64,000 nt of DNA, from the NCBI RefSeq assembly GCF_009914755.1, contig NC_060936.1; one strand, 5' to 3'. The notes under the pieces are model-generated. The model was given only the letters and a program-made list of their open reading frames with translations. It did no database searches and was not told the origin of the DNA. Source of the DNA: the human T2T-CHM13v2.0 reference genome, Homo sapiens. Below are positions 30,440 through 42,522 of this stretch, piece by piece. Within the stretch, counting starts at the first letter, position 1; each line of letters begins with the position of its first letter. The position numbers and the translations under genes were made by a program.

Positions 30440-30745
30440 TTCCCCCATCTCTCTTTTTTCCCTCTCTCCTTCTTTCCTTTCTTCCTTCCCTCCCTTCTTC
30501 CCTCCTTCCTCCTTCTCGGCTTCCTTTTTTCCTTTCCTCCTTCCTTTCCTCCCTCTTTTCCTCTCTCCTTCTTCCCTTCCCTTCCTTCCTTCGCTTGCTC
30601 CCCTCCCTTTCCTTCTCCTTTCCTCCTTCCCTCCTTCCTTCTCTCCCTCTCTACTGCTCTCTTTCCTTCCCTCCTACCTTCCTTTTTTCCTTCCTTCCTT
30701 CCCTCTCTCCCAATTTCATCCCTCCCTTCCTCCTTCCTCCTCCCT
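30440..30745. repeat. ~300-bp (CCTT/CT)-rich polypyrimidine tract
   Basis: Almost pure C/T run. Confidence 0.9.
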
Positions 30746-31511
30746 CCAACAAATAATGATCAAGCCCATGACTATGCGTTACATAATGCATGAGGGGCTG
30801 CACAGAGTGAACAAGAAAAATGAAAAAGAAAGAATTCATTGCCATTTAAAAAGAGCTCTTGGTGGCTTCAATGTTGGTGGGGTTTGAGGAGTTCACTTAT
30901 TCCCCCTCTTTTATTAATTGTAAGTACCATCTCTGTCTGGAATCATAAACTCTTGTCTTTTCTGCTTCATGCTGATATTTTCACTAAAAGTAACATAATT
31001 TAGGAGAGGCTTTGGGGAGGCTGGGCCTCTGACCTGTCCAGTGGGAGGAGCCTCCTGGGGAAGGACCTGCCCATTCTCAGAAGCCCAGCTTTCAGGGACA
31101 AGGAATGAAAGGTCATTGACTGTTGCTGGAGAAGTCTGCCGAATCTTAAAATGTGTTACCAAGCCTGCTGCTGGGTAGAACTTGCTGTCTTGAAGCAGCC
31201 ATTACGCCATCTTTTGTAAGTGGTTTCATTTCAATGAGCTTTAGATGCCTGTCCTGTTTTCTTAAAACACTTGCTGGGGAGACTTTCTAGCATGATCTAG
31301 ATCCTTCTGGGTGTGGAGATGCCTGAATGTTGGGAAGACAGACAGCAGCTGTGCTGTTGGAGAAGGGACAGTGTGGAAATCTTCCTTTGCTAGAAGCTGG
31401 TTTTCTCTTTCTTTCCTGCCTGTTTCTTCTTCCCTACTCTGTGCCTTTTTCTTTGACAGACAACAAATCTTTGTTGCTCATTTCTGATGAGCCTTCACTT
31501 TCTTTCCTCAG

Positions 31512-31597
31512 TCATGCGGAGGAATCCCTTTGGTGTGGACATCTGCTGCCGGAAGGGGTCCCGAAGCCCCCTGCAGGAACTCTACAACCCAATCCAG
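31512..31597 (+). CDS. CHST11: CHST11 coding exon 2 (86 nt, phase 1 to phase 0), stem region of chondroitin 4-O-sulfotransferase 1
   Basis: Pyrimidine tract + ctcAG acceptor (31510-31511) and CAG|GTAAGC donor. TC+ATG CGG AGG AAT CCC TTT GGT GTG GAC ATC TGC TGC CGG AAG GGG TCC CGA AGC CCC CTG CAG GAA CTC TAC AAC CCA ATC CAG translates to (V)[28 protein letters not shown], recognised from the CHST11 protein. Confidence 0.95.
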
Positions 31598-32220
31598 GTA
31601 AGCTTCAAGCACTCTGTCAGCATGTGAATTTTTTTTTTTTTGTAGGTATGGATACTAAAAACTCTAAAATTGTGGTCTTTGGGGGATTTAAAACTTCCTT
31701 TCACAGCCTGGCATTTTACCTTCAGTGGTTGCTTTCTCCGTCACCCTTTTTCTATGTAGCATCTCTGAAAAATCTAGCAGGGGATGTTTAGAATTAGAGA
31801 AATGCCTAGGTTTAGTGCTAAGCATTCAGACCTGCCCAGGGTTTGAACTCCTGAGATTAACAGTCTCAAGTTCGAGCAATGGGACTCGGGAATTAAAGGT
31901 CCACCGAAGCTGTGCAGTCTTCCCTTTGGTATCCCCAAAGGAAGAGTTGCACATGGGTACACTTGACACCCATTCCCACATCCCACATATTAAAGCCCAG
32001 TGATGCCCCACCTCACTGTGCCAGTTTGGCAAACTCCCTTGCGAGCGGGGACCTTTTGCTAAGTGGCTGCCTCAGTAAATCTAACTCGTTAGTTTAATGA
32101 GGCAGCAAACGTGGCCTCTGTGCCATCAATTATGAAAAGAGCTCCTCTTTGAGCAAAAGAAAAGCTCCAACCAAGGAAAAGTGTCTTCTGTGGAAAGCTA
32201 GTGCAAAGTTAGGAGGCCTG

Positions 32221-32234
32221 GTTGCCATGGCAAC
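32221..32234. promoter_or_regulatory. Perfect palindromic RFX X-box
   Basis: GTTGCCATGGCAAC. Confidence 0.55.
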
Positions 32235-33049
32235 AGCCTCAGTGGTGTGTGTGGGTCTTGATGTGGAGACTCTGGGGCTGATCCTTTTGTAGGAACATTA
32301 ATTAGCACTTGATGCCCAGAACTGGTAAGTGAACAACTAGCAGCAGCATCAGTGGACCTTCGATAGCCGTAGAGAAAGAGGGAAAAATGTACTGCTTTGG
32401 CTACAGTCTCTGACTAAATTTAATACTTCTTTGGACCAAGGTACCTGGTGGAGGAAGATAATGCACGGGCCTCAAAGGTGTCGAATTTTTAGAACTCTTG
32501 TAAAGGGATGCACTTGAGAACTATCTGATGCCCCCTACCCCCCTTCCCAATCTCTCACCTGCACTCCCTTCTGGAAAAATGGACTCCTGAATTTATGCAT
32601 CATGGGTGGCCTAATTAGGTTAACTCATGCCCTGTCTTGAGGTGTGACTTGGCCAGATTAGCCCATTAATTGCCAAGTCAGTATTGCCTGAGGCTTCCTG
32701 TACTGGGTTCGGTGGTGACTCAGTGGGGAATTTGATAGTTGGGTTCCCTTTGGTGCCCAAAAAATCTCCATATTATAGGCAGGTCTCCCAGCCTGTCCAC
32801 ACACACCCTGTCCTAAGGAAGAGGCAGAACTGTGCTTCAACAAAGGATAGGATTTCTGGTAACCCGTGTCAAAAACAACACAGGCTCCTCAGATGCAAAC
32901 CATTCCCTTCTTTTTGTTGATATCCTCTGTTCTCAGATGATTTTCTCCTTCAAAACAAAACTACTGAAACACTGCTGCAAATTTTATGGGTAACATATGG
33001 TGTCATGGGAAAAGCTATATCTGAAGTCACCGCCCCTGTGGATGGAAGG

Positions 33050-33640
33050 TCCATGGACTGCGTCTGTCCTGTTCACTGTTGGCTCCTCAGTACCTAACAC
33101 AGGGCTCTCAAATACTTGTGATTCAAAACATGAAAGTCCAGGTTCAAATCCCGGCTTCATCTCTAACTAGTTGTGCAACCCTGAATATATGATGAGTTCT
33201 CTTTAGGGGTCAGTTTTCCTACCTAAAACTCTCCCTGGAATGTTGGGAGGATGAAATAATTCTGATGTGTCAGGGGCTCTGTCAGTATGATTTGTCATTT
33301 TTGTGGTCAGGAGGGTGGCTTCCATATCAGAAGCCTTGACTTAGGAGTCAGACCTGGGTTCAAAGCCTAGTTTCATCATTTCTTAGCTATGTGACTATGG
33401 GGTGTTTACTTAACCTCTCTGAGATTTCTTTCCTTGATTTATAATGTGGCATGAACAATACCTGCCTTGCAGTGTTGCATGTGGTGATGTGTCTTGCTTG
33501 GAGCTTCCTGTGGAGTTTGCTCCTTCATGGGTTCATTCACTCCTTTTTTTCATTCATTTCTTCATGTGCTGTTACATGTACCTAGGAACATATAGCTTAG
33601 TAGCTTAGCAGCTTAGCACTAGGCGCTGGGCACAAAAGGG
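33050..33640. mobile_element. Cluster of L2 and MIR fragments
   Basis: gtctgtcctgttcactg; ggttcaaatcccggct; ggagtcagacctgggttcaaa; cattcatt tail. Confidence 0.55.
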
Positions 33641-34484
33641 TGGAGAGGGTGTGTGCTTAGCCTTTTGTGGCTGGTAACTCTGGGCCCAGAGTTGAGGGGA
33701 ATGATTTGACTGGCGAGGCAGACTCTGCTTGGTCCCATTGTAAACCAGTCATAGAAGAGATGCCTGTCCTGGGTAGGGGCCCTCTCTTCCTTCCGGTAGT
33801 GTTCTGAGCATTGTCTGGATGACAGGCCTATTGAGCAGTAGCCTGGGACTTGGGAGGGAAACTAGGGCTGGAGAGCAGCTCTGGGAGGCATTGGGGAGGG
33901 CGTAGGTGGATGAGTCACCATCCTCCCTCAAGGACGTCTTGGGCAAGTTGTCTGGCCCCATTAGCCAGCAACCAGGGAAATGTAGCTGCAGGAAAATCAC
34001 CTCGTTTCCTCGGGATGTTTTTTCTTAGGCTGGTTTCCTTTACAAGCTGCAATTATGTTCCATCCCACGCAAGTTCAGTAAGTGGCACTTTTCAGAGAAA
34101 CTGTCTTGGTGATCATTTGGGCTGCTGTGGGCCAGGGAGTTGAGGAGAGAAGGGAGTGAGAGCTTCTACTGAGTTTAGTTGGTTTTGTGTCCATGAGCCA
34201 TTTACAAACTTTGCACCTGATTGGGCTCAGTTGCAGTTTCTTGTATTTCCCTACCAGCCAAGCTGTTGAAGCTGCTGAGCCCGGAATGATGTTATCACTG
34301 AGGCAGATGACAAACCCTCTAGTTGCTAGAAACCAAACTGCTCCCCGAGCTGGTGTTTCCGTTTTTTGTACTGACTGCTTATTTGGGCTTGATATATAAT
34401 GGTGAAAACAGGAACTGTTTATTTTAGGTGATAAGAAACCAACATTATGACAAGAAGATGTCATCTTAGTTACTCTGTTACCAG

Positions 34485-34660
34485 TACCATAGGCCAGATA
34501 CTATCTAGATGCTTATAAACATCTTATCTAATCCTTGTAATAATAAGCCCCAAGCTAGGTTTTATATCCCCATTTTATGGATGGGGGAACTGAGGCCAAT
34601 AACTTCATATAACTTATCCAAGGCCACAAAACTAGTAATAAACAGTGAAATTCAACCCAA
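34485..34660 (-). mobile_element. MIR
   Basis: ccccattttatggatgggggaactgaggcc...ccaaggccaca. Confidence 0.7.
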
Positions 34661-34819
34661 AAACAAACTACAAATCCAAATTTCTTTACCTCTATGCTGT
34701 CTGTACTTGCTGTTACTAGCAAAGTTCTCTTGGTGGGAGTTACCCCATCCCCTCTCCAAAAAAAAAAAAAAAAAAAAATCAAACCCAGATTTTCACTGGA
34801 CAAAGGGTTGGGAAAATTG

Positions 34820-34880
34820 GGAAATTTTGGCTATAATCTGGGAAAACTGGCTATAATATGGGGAAATTGGCTATAATCTG
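34820..34880 (+). repeat. ~20-bp minisatellite, 3 copies
   Basis: ggaaa..tggctataat(c/a)tg repeated three times. Confidence 0.8.
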
Positions 34881-34964
34881 ATTTGAGTGTACAGAGTTTT
34901 TTATTTTAGTGTCCAAGATTTCTTATTTTAGTGCCTTGCAAACCCCTAACCAATAAAACAACAA

Positions 34965-35307
<343 letters not shown>

Positions 35308-35999
35308 TCAGATCAGCTGGAATCAAGTCACCGAAAGTTCAGGAGGTGTCAACTGCATATTTGTGGGCCGAGCACATCTGCGGGCCGCTCTGGCTCAGTT
35401 CAGAGGCACAGGGCAGAGCTGCATTGTCAGCCATTAATAGGGCCTAATTTCCCCTAAATGCCAGCTAGGGCGAGACAGCTTGTCCTTCTGCCCCGCCCAC
35501 CTCCTGGTCCTCTCGTGGGTTCCCTGAAATCTTCACAACATCATCATGTGGTTCAGCCCTGCCCTGCTTGGTTCTTTCTTTAGCATTTACACTTGCTCTG
35601 TGATTACTATGTTGCAAGGGGAGAGACTCACAGCACAGGGCTGTCCGTGAATTTATAAGCGCTGAGTCTAGGAGGTTTGCATAGGGCACAGCAGATCCAA
35701 TTGTTCTAGGGGTCTCTGAGGACCAAACAGTGTCCAAGGGATTTAGAGGAATTCTGGGGAACTCTCTGGGGCGGGGGGCGGGGGGGGGGAATGGCTCCAG
35801 GAAAACTGAGAATGACAAGATCTTGGAGGCCCCCACTGAAATCTCTGTTACATGGTGGCGCCTCATTGGTCAAGTCTTCAGGGTGCTAAAGTAAACTTAC
35901 TTCTCCATCAGTTAGACTCCAGGAAGCAGGATGAGGAGGAGGATGAGGAGGGAGAAGGAAGGTCGGAAGGAAAGAAGGATGAGAGAGAAAAAGGAAGAC

Positions 36000-36200
36000 A
36001 AATTACTATTTACTAAATGTATAATACATGCCAGTGACCATTCTACATATTTTTCACACGTCTCATGGAATCTTTACAACAACCCGAAGAGGAAGGTCTC
36101 CAGTAACCCCGTTTTTTAGTTAAGTTAACTGAGGCTCAGAGGGTTGAGCAATGTGCCAATCACACAGCTCCTAAATGGGAGAGCCAGGCCTATGAAGCCT
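36000..36200 (-). mobile_element. MIR preceded by a GA-rich tract
   Basis: aactgaggctcagagggttgagcaa...cacacagct. Confidence 0.65.
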
Positions 36201-36391
36201 GGCTAGGTTGCAGGATGAGGAGAGGCTGGTGCTTTATTTTTCCCGGGTGAAAACATGCTTCCTTGAGATTCTCTTTCCCAGTGACTCAAGCGAGACCTGA
36301 GGTATGCTCAGGACCAGTTGCAAAATTCACAAAAGCAGGGGCCAGGACTTCTGGAATGGCATGGAATGGACAATAGCTGTAAACAATTACA

Positions 36392-36703
36392 GGCTGGGCA
36401 CAGTGGCTCACGCCTGTAATCCAACACTTTGGGAGGCTGAGGTGGGCAGATCACCTGAGATCAGGAGTTCTAAACCAGCCTGGGCAACATAGTGAAATGT
36501 CGTCTCTACCAAAAATACAAAAATTCGCCCGGCATGGTGGCTCGTGCCTGTAATCTCAGCTACTCGGGAGGCTGAGGCAGGAAAACCTGGGAGGCGGAGG
36601 TTGCAGTGAGCCAAGATCATGCCCCTACACTCCAGCCTGGGTGATAGAGTGAGACTCTGTCTCAAAAAATAAAAATAAATAAATAAATAAATATATAAAT
36701 AAA
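36392..36703 (+). mobile_element. AluS with a small internal deletion
   Basis: Full Alu lacking about 10 bp after gaggcagga; (AAAT)n tail. Confidence 0.9.
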
Positions 36704-37584
36704 AATTGCAGATTTATTTTTTGCTTAGTGAACCTGATAGATAGCCCAGTGAAGGACAGGCCTTTGACTCCTGGCTGGAGCTGTCAGAGAAGGAGTCACC
36801 CCTGAGAATTCTGCCGTGGGATAGAGCATCGCATCTTGGTGACATTTGGAAGCTGGGCTCATTGATTTCATTGAATGTTTTAGATTGATAAAAGCTTGTA
36901 ATAGTCCAAAGGTTGTTGGGGCAGTTGCGGGGGACTCTCTTAGCCCCAACCTAAATAGCTTTTTCAGCAATGCTTGACAAAATGTGTTCCTTCTATGGAC
37001 ACTTGTAGAATAAACAGAGGAAAAGGGCGTGGGGAGGAGAGGCACCTAGGTCATGTAACCTGATAAGCGGTATATAATAGAAGCTTTTTGCAAAGTTATG
37101 AGAGAATCAGGAGTGAGTGGTTAGCCTCTGAGGGGCGGTGCGCAGTGGGGGCCTTTATACAGGATTTGAGTCCGGTCTCTGAAGACACAGCACACTTCCC
37201 CATGTTAAAGAAGAGAGACAGCATCACAGAACGGGGAACATCAGCGAGGCCACAGGGAGACAGTCCATGGCGCATTCAGAGAACTGTGAGGGGTTTGTGG
37301 CTGGAGTGAAGGTGATGCCAGGGGCGGATCGGAGAGGGGGCAGGAGTGGCAGGTTGGTAGCATGTGGATCAGGTCATGTCTGCCATTCTGGTCATTTCCA
37401 ATCCATCTGGTTTTTACCTATTGGCAGGGTTGGAGGTCACGAGGAGCCCACAAAAACTGGCGTGCATCTTATAACCTAGCTTCTCCTTTGGCCGCTTGCT
37501 AACTGTGGGGCTTCTCCAGGGCAGGTAATGTCCCCTTCCAGGCCTCAGCATTGTCATCTATAAAATGAAGGGGTTAGACTGGAT

Positions 37585-37767
37585 CAGTGTTTATCAAGCC
37601 TGTGGTCTTCATATTAGGACCACTCTGGGAGCTTTTGGGAAATGACCACTGCGCAGGCCTCACTGCTGGCGATTCTGATTTTATTGGTCTGGGTTAGGGC
37701 TGGGGTGTTGATATTTTTCAAAGCTCCCTAAGTGATTCTAATGGGTAGCCAGGGTTCAGAAGCCCTG
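37585..37767. mobile_element. MER5A-like element inserted in MIR3
   Basis: Termini cagtgtttatcaag ... gggttcagaagccctg; gattctgatttt...ggtctggg. Confidence 0.7.
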
Positions 37768-37844
37768 AGTTGAAGGGTCTTTAAGCACCCCCTACTCCCT
37801 GGTACTAAAAGCCTTTGATTCTAAGATGACCTATAACTTGCGAA

Positions 37845-38270
37845 TTTAGGGAGAGAGAAGCAGGCTGGCAGGACCAAGGGAAAACAAAAAGAGAAAGCAG
37901 ATAAGCTATGTATCTGCCTTTCTTCACATTCCAGGACACATAGTCCTCCTGTGCAAATAACTCGCCATCTTCCTGCACCCACCTATCACCAGACCCTCGG
38001 CTGATAGAAAAATGCAAGTTAGTTCACTAAAACCTTGGCACTATCAGTCCTGCACAAAGCCCTCTTGAGCACACGGCACAAGCACCATCCTATAAAATCC
38101 CCAGCAAGCCTTTGTCTACTTGCAGTCAGTTCCTCTCTTGCTGACCTGCCCATTGCTCCCTTGCAATGTGTTTTCATACTTTTTCTAATAAATCTGCCTT
38201 TCTTTACCTACAATTCCCTTGGTAAACTCTTTTTACCACCCACATGACACCAACCCCAGAGAGTCACAAT
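37845..38270 (+). mobile_element. ERV solo LTR (family not assigned)
   Basis: LTR architecture: AGATAAG 37899-37905, TATAAAA 38091-38097, AATAAA 38187-38192 then T-rich U5; ends approximate. Confidence 0.7.
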
Positions 38271-39189
38271 GCAGGACATAACCCATTATGTGAAAAGCAA
38301 CTCAAAGCATACATGCTGAGGTTGTTCACTCTACGTAGTTTCTACTGTCTTTCTATATGAAGGCTCTGTGTCTGTGTTTTCCACTAGGACACAGAGATCA
38401 TTGTCCCTCATCTACTCCATTTGGAGGTTTGTGGGTTCGATGCCTATAGTGCTAGACATCCAGCCAGTAGCATGTGGGCCAATCCGAGATGCCAAGTCTT
38501 CAGCCAAAGTATTGGGAGGAGCCCTGTGAAAGGGACCCTTGAGCCACTTCTGTCTTGAGCCAGTAAGAAGGAAAACTCAGACTTGCTCCAGGCCAGGCGT
38601 CAGATGGACATTTCTGAAGGATCAGTTACAATCATAGAAATGAGCATGGAATGAGAAGGGCCCTCTGCCTTTTGAATGCTATTCAGGAAGAACGATGCTG
38701 AGTGGTCACATATGCTGGGGAAGGCATGAAAGAGCAGACTTTGTACTGTCCCCAACTCTGGTCAATTAATCCCTTATTTACCAACCACCTGGTAAATGAC
38801 GAGTTCGTCTAATTATCTTCTTTGACTCAGCAGCTGTCTACCAGCCAAAGAGGGATTAATTGATTTGGTTGTAGACCGACTCCTTATGCAAAGATAATGC
38901 TTACTGCCAGCCTGGCAGCTGGCTGGCAAAGATGAAATATTACATTAACCTGATCTTACACACAGTACTTGGGAGAATGCTTCATTATTAATTGCAAATT
39001 ACAATAGACTAGCGAGGCCCATTGCAAAAAACCACGGACAGTGAACTACCTCTTTCACTGTGGCTAGTGGATTCATTATTCTTGAACCAGGGAAGCTTCC
39101 CAGTCAGATTTCCAGTCAAGCCAGGAAGGATTTCCAGTCAAGCCAGGGGACATGACAGTCAAACACAATTTGGGTTTAGAGGAAAGGAT

Positions 39190-39380
39190 TGGATGCCTGA
39201 AGGAACTGGGGAGTCCCAGCCCAGCTGTATGACCTGGGGCAGTCACTTACCCTGTTCAAGCCTTGGTTATCTGTAAAATCAGAGCTTGATACCAGTCTTG
39301 CAGGTTTGTGAGATTCAGAATTCTGTATGAAAAGCACCTAGGACAGTGGCAAGGTCAGAGTTGGTGTTAATCAGTAGCCA
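39190..39380 (+). mobile_element. MIR
   Basis: agctgtatgacctggggcagtcactt...atctgtaaaat. Confidence 0.6.
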
Positions 39381-39645
39381 TTCATTTTCTGGATGGAGTT
39401 AGGTAACCTGGGCATTTTCTTAGGGGTCTGGGCCCTTGCTGTGCTCTGTAATATAGGCTCAGACATTTTGCACATGCACATTTGGAATTTTGTTGAATAA
39501 TAATAAGATGGATGATTTCCTCTTGCCTGGAAGCTACTAGCTATCTTCATTGTGAGTACTTCCTAACAATTTTGATTTATTTGTTTCTAGCAGAGTCTGT
39601 ATTGATCAGCAAGCTTGACGCACTGATTTATAAAGCCATGAGTGC

Positions 39646-39648
<3 letters not shown>

Positions 39649-39678
<30 letters not shown>
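39649..39678. repeat. (TG)15 microsatellite
   Basis: Perfect dinucleotide run. Confidence 0.95.
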
Positions 39679-39680
<2 letters not shown>

Positions 39681-40648
39681 TGTGGTATGTGTTACATATA
39701 TGTTCACTCAACCTTTATTCTATAAAATGTGCAGATGCAGCTTTCATATTTTAAAAGTCTTCTGTGGGCATGTCTGTTATACTCCCAATGCCTAGTTAGG
39801 TACTCTGTAATGGTGGCTAAATAAGACCTCATCTCTGGGTTGTGTTCATGTGAAAGCATTGATCTCATTGATTCGTCCACATTTAACTCAAGCTTTCTTT
39901 ATAGGCAGTTGTTCTGCTTCAGAAACAGAGGTTTCAGGATCAAGCCTAATTTGATCCAATATATTCAAATCTGGATAGTAAGCTCAATGCTCTAATGGAG
40001 TTTTTCTGTGTCAGTCTGTATGAATATAATCTGACATATTTAAACTGGAGAAGGGCATTCAAGTGACCAAATGACCTCGGCAGTTTCCACATGGTAACAC
40101 AGCCGTACAATCTGCCATTTTCAGAAAGTTATTTCCTGAATTACCCTCAATTATAAGAGGCCTCCACATAATTTGATTTTTCTGTAAATGACACAACTCA
40201 AGTAGCTTCTCAGCCAATTGGATTTTAACCTTGTCAGAATGGATAGAACTGAAACAAAGCCCTGGCTTGTTCTGAAACTGACCGTAGGAGAGACATCGGG
40301 GGTGAGAGGGTGGCGGCAGCATGCATCTTCCTTTCCCAGTGGAGTCTGTGGGTCTGATGGACCACGCAGATCTCGGGAGAGTTTCCACCCCATCTTCACA
40401 CTAGTTACTCTGAGATCTGAGGCACATGGCTGAACCTTTTTGAGCACTGGAGACCTTGTTTATAAAACAGGAATAAAATGCTTGTGGTTCAGTTATTAAG
40501 GATTAAATTAGAAAATATACAGAATCCCAGGCACATGGCAAGATGCCCAGTCAATGCTGATTTTTTTATTTGCATGCAAGAAACCTCCTCCAGGAAGCTC
40601 TGATTTTTTTCTTTCCCCTCCAAGCTCCGGTGAAATGTCCTTCTAGAA

Positions 40649-40969
40649 TGGTGCTGCCCACTAGCAATATAATATAAGTCACATATGTCATTTGAAATTT
40701 TTTGGTAGCCACATTTTGAAAAGGAAAAAGAAGACAGGTGAAATTAAGTTTAATAATATTTAAAATTTAACCCAGTGTACCTAAAAATGATTATTTCCAT
40801 ATTTAGTCAATAAAAAATGTATTAGTATATTTTATGTTTGTGTTTTCATGCTAAGTCTTTGAAATCTGATGTGTATTTGATACCTACAGCACATCTCCAT
40901 TGGGACAGGCAGTACATCAAGTGCTCAGTAGCTGCATGTGGCTTGTGACTGCTGTCTTGGACAGTGCTG
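40649..40969. mobile_element. MER33 (hAT-Charlie)
   Basis: gtgctgcccactag...tagccacatt...acaggtgaaattaa...caagtgctcagtagc...ttggacagtgctg. Confidence 0.8.
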
Positions 40970-41743
40970 GTCTGTAAAATGCCCCGTTGTCCCTGCATCC
41001 TGCCCATGTTATGACACTAATCTCACTCATTTAAAACGATTCCACCAGGCTTTGCGCCCCTTGAGGGAAGGAGCTATGTCTTTCTTATTCATCTTGGGGT
41101 GTCCAGTAGCTACTATGGGCCAGCCCCAGAAAAGGTACCCAGTGGATGTTTGGGCAGTGAATGAAGCCATTTGTTCCTGTGCCTCATGTGACTTCAGCAT
41201 GGGGAGGTGACCAGGGCTTCACTCCCCTAGAGGTGCAGAGGCGGCTGGACATCAGGGTGGACGGTTTCCTGGGACCCAGTGAAGAGTATGGCGCTTTTGT
41301 CCCAAGTCTCCGATTCATGCTGATGCCCGATGTTTCCCCCAGAAGTTCCTTCCGGAAAGCGTAAGTGTGAGTATTGTGGAAGGGCTAACACTTTGAAACA
41401 TATCAGTCATTATATCTTAACTTTGATTTCATAAGACGTTATGTGACTAGTGTGCGACAGGTGTGAGGCAGTTGGAGAGAATAGGAGCAGGGGATTGGTT
41501 GCCTGAAGGAACTGGGGAAAGCAAGTCACGGGACTAGGAAGGGATTAGGGGGCTGCTTAAGCCCAGACCCCACCCTCTCTCGACGCTTAGCCCACACTCA
41601 GCCCTGTTTCTCAATTCCTTCCGCTCCTACCTCTTTTCCTCCTTCTTCTGTAGTATGCGGCACGCAGCAAATACGCACTGCGTGAAATGGAACTGGAATT
41701 CCCTCACACCCCAGCCTGCCTCCCTCACTGATTGCATATTCAC

Positions 41744-42196
41744 TGTAGTAGTTCGCTGGGGCTGCTGTAACAACATACCACAGACTGGGTGGCTTAGACA
41801 ATAGAAATGTATCATCTCACAGTTTTGGAGGCTGGAAGTCAGAGATCAAGGAGCCAGCAGGATTGGTTCCTTCTGAGGGCCGTGAAGAAGGGCCTGTTCC
41901 AGGCCTGTCTGTTAGCTTCCTGGTTTGAGGGTGATCTTTGGCTTCCTTGCTCTGATTGCTGCCTTCATCTTCACATGGTGCTCCCCTTGTGTGGGTGCCT
42001 GGCTTTGTGTCCACATTTCCCCTTGTTATAAGGACACCTGTCATATTGGAGTAGGGGCCCACTGACTCCAGTATGACCTCATCTTAGCTAATTACATCTG
42101 TAATGACCCTATTTCCAAATAAGGTCACATTTGAAGGTGCTGGGGTGAGAACTTCAACTTACAGATTTTGGAGGGGACACAATTCAATCCCTAGTG
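41744..42196 (-). mobile_element. MLT1C-like MaLR solo LTR
   Basis: tgtagtagttcgctggggctgctgtaacaa...ctgggtggctta...ggggacacaattcaa. Confidence 0.85.
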
Positions 42197-42522
42197 CTTA
42201 CTGTGTGTGTCGTGTTCTGCTAGATGCTACGGCTTTTGAGATAAAAGTCCTTCTGTTAGCAAAGATAAAGGATCAGGGTTGGCAGGGACATGGAGAAGAG
42301 GGAACTCCTGTGCACTGTTGGTGGGAATGTAAATTGGTACAGCCATTATGGAAAACAGTATGGAGGTTCTCCAAGAAATTAAAAACAGAACTACCATATG
42401 ATCCAGCAATCCCACTTCTGGGTGTATGCCCAAAGGAAGTGCAAGCAGCATCTGAAACAGACACCAGCACTCTCACTGTAGCAGAGTTGCAGCATTGTTC
42501 ACAACAGTAAGATACGGAATCA

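Noticed and set aside
31327-31791. 154-aa ORF spanning exon 2 as the gene product
   Set aside because: It is in a different frame from the CHST11 peptide and ignores the splice sites; relevant only to the cryptic-acceptor hypothesis
34187-34399. 70-aa ORF with a hydrophobic N-terminus as a secreted micropeptide
   Set aside because: No homology I can name and no promoter evidence; the length is expected by chance. Ribo-seq or PhyloCSF would be needed
34820-34880. Short direct repeats (also 10827-10874, 25310-25351, 47158-47188) as a CRISPR-like array
   Set aside because: Only 2-3 adjacent copies without unique spacers, in mammalian DNA; ordinary slippage duplications
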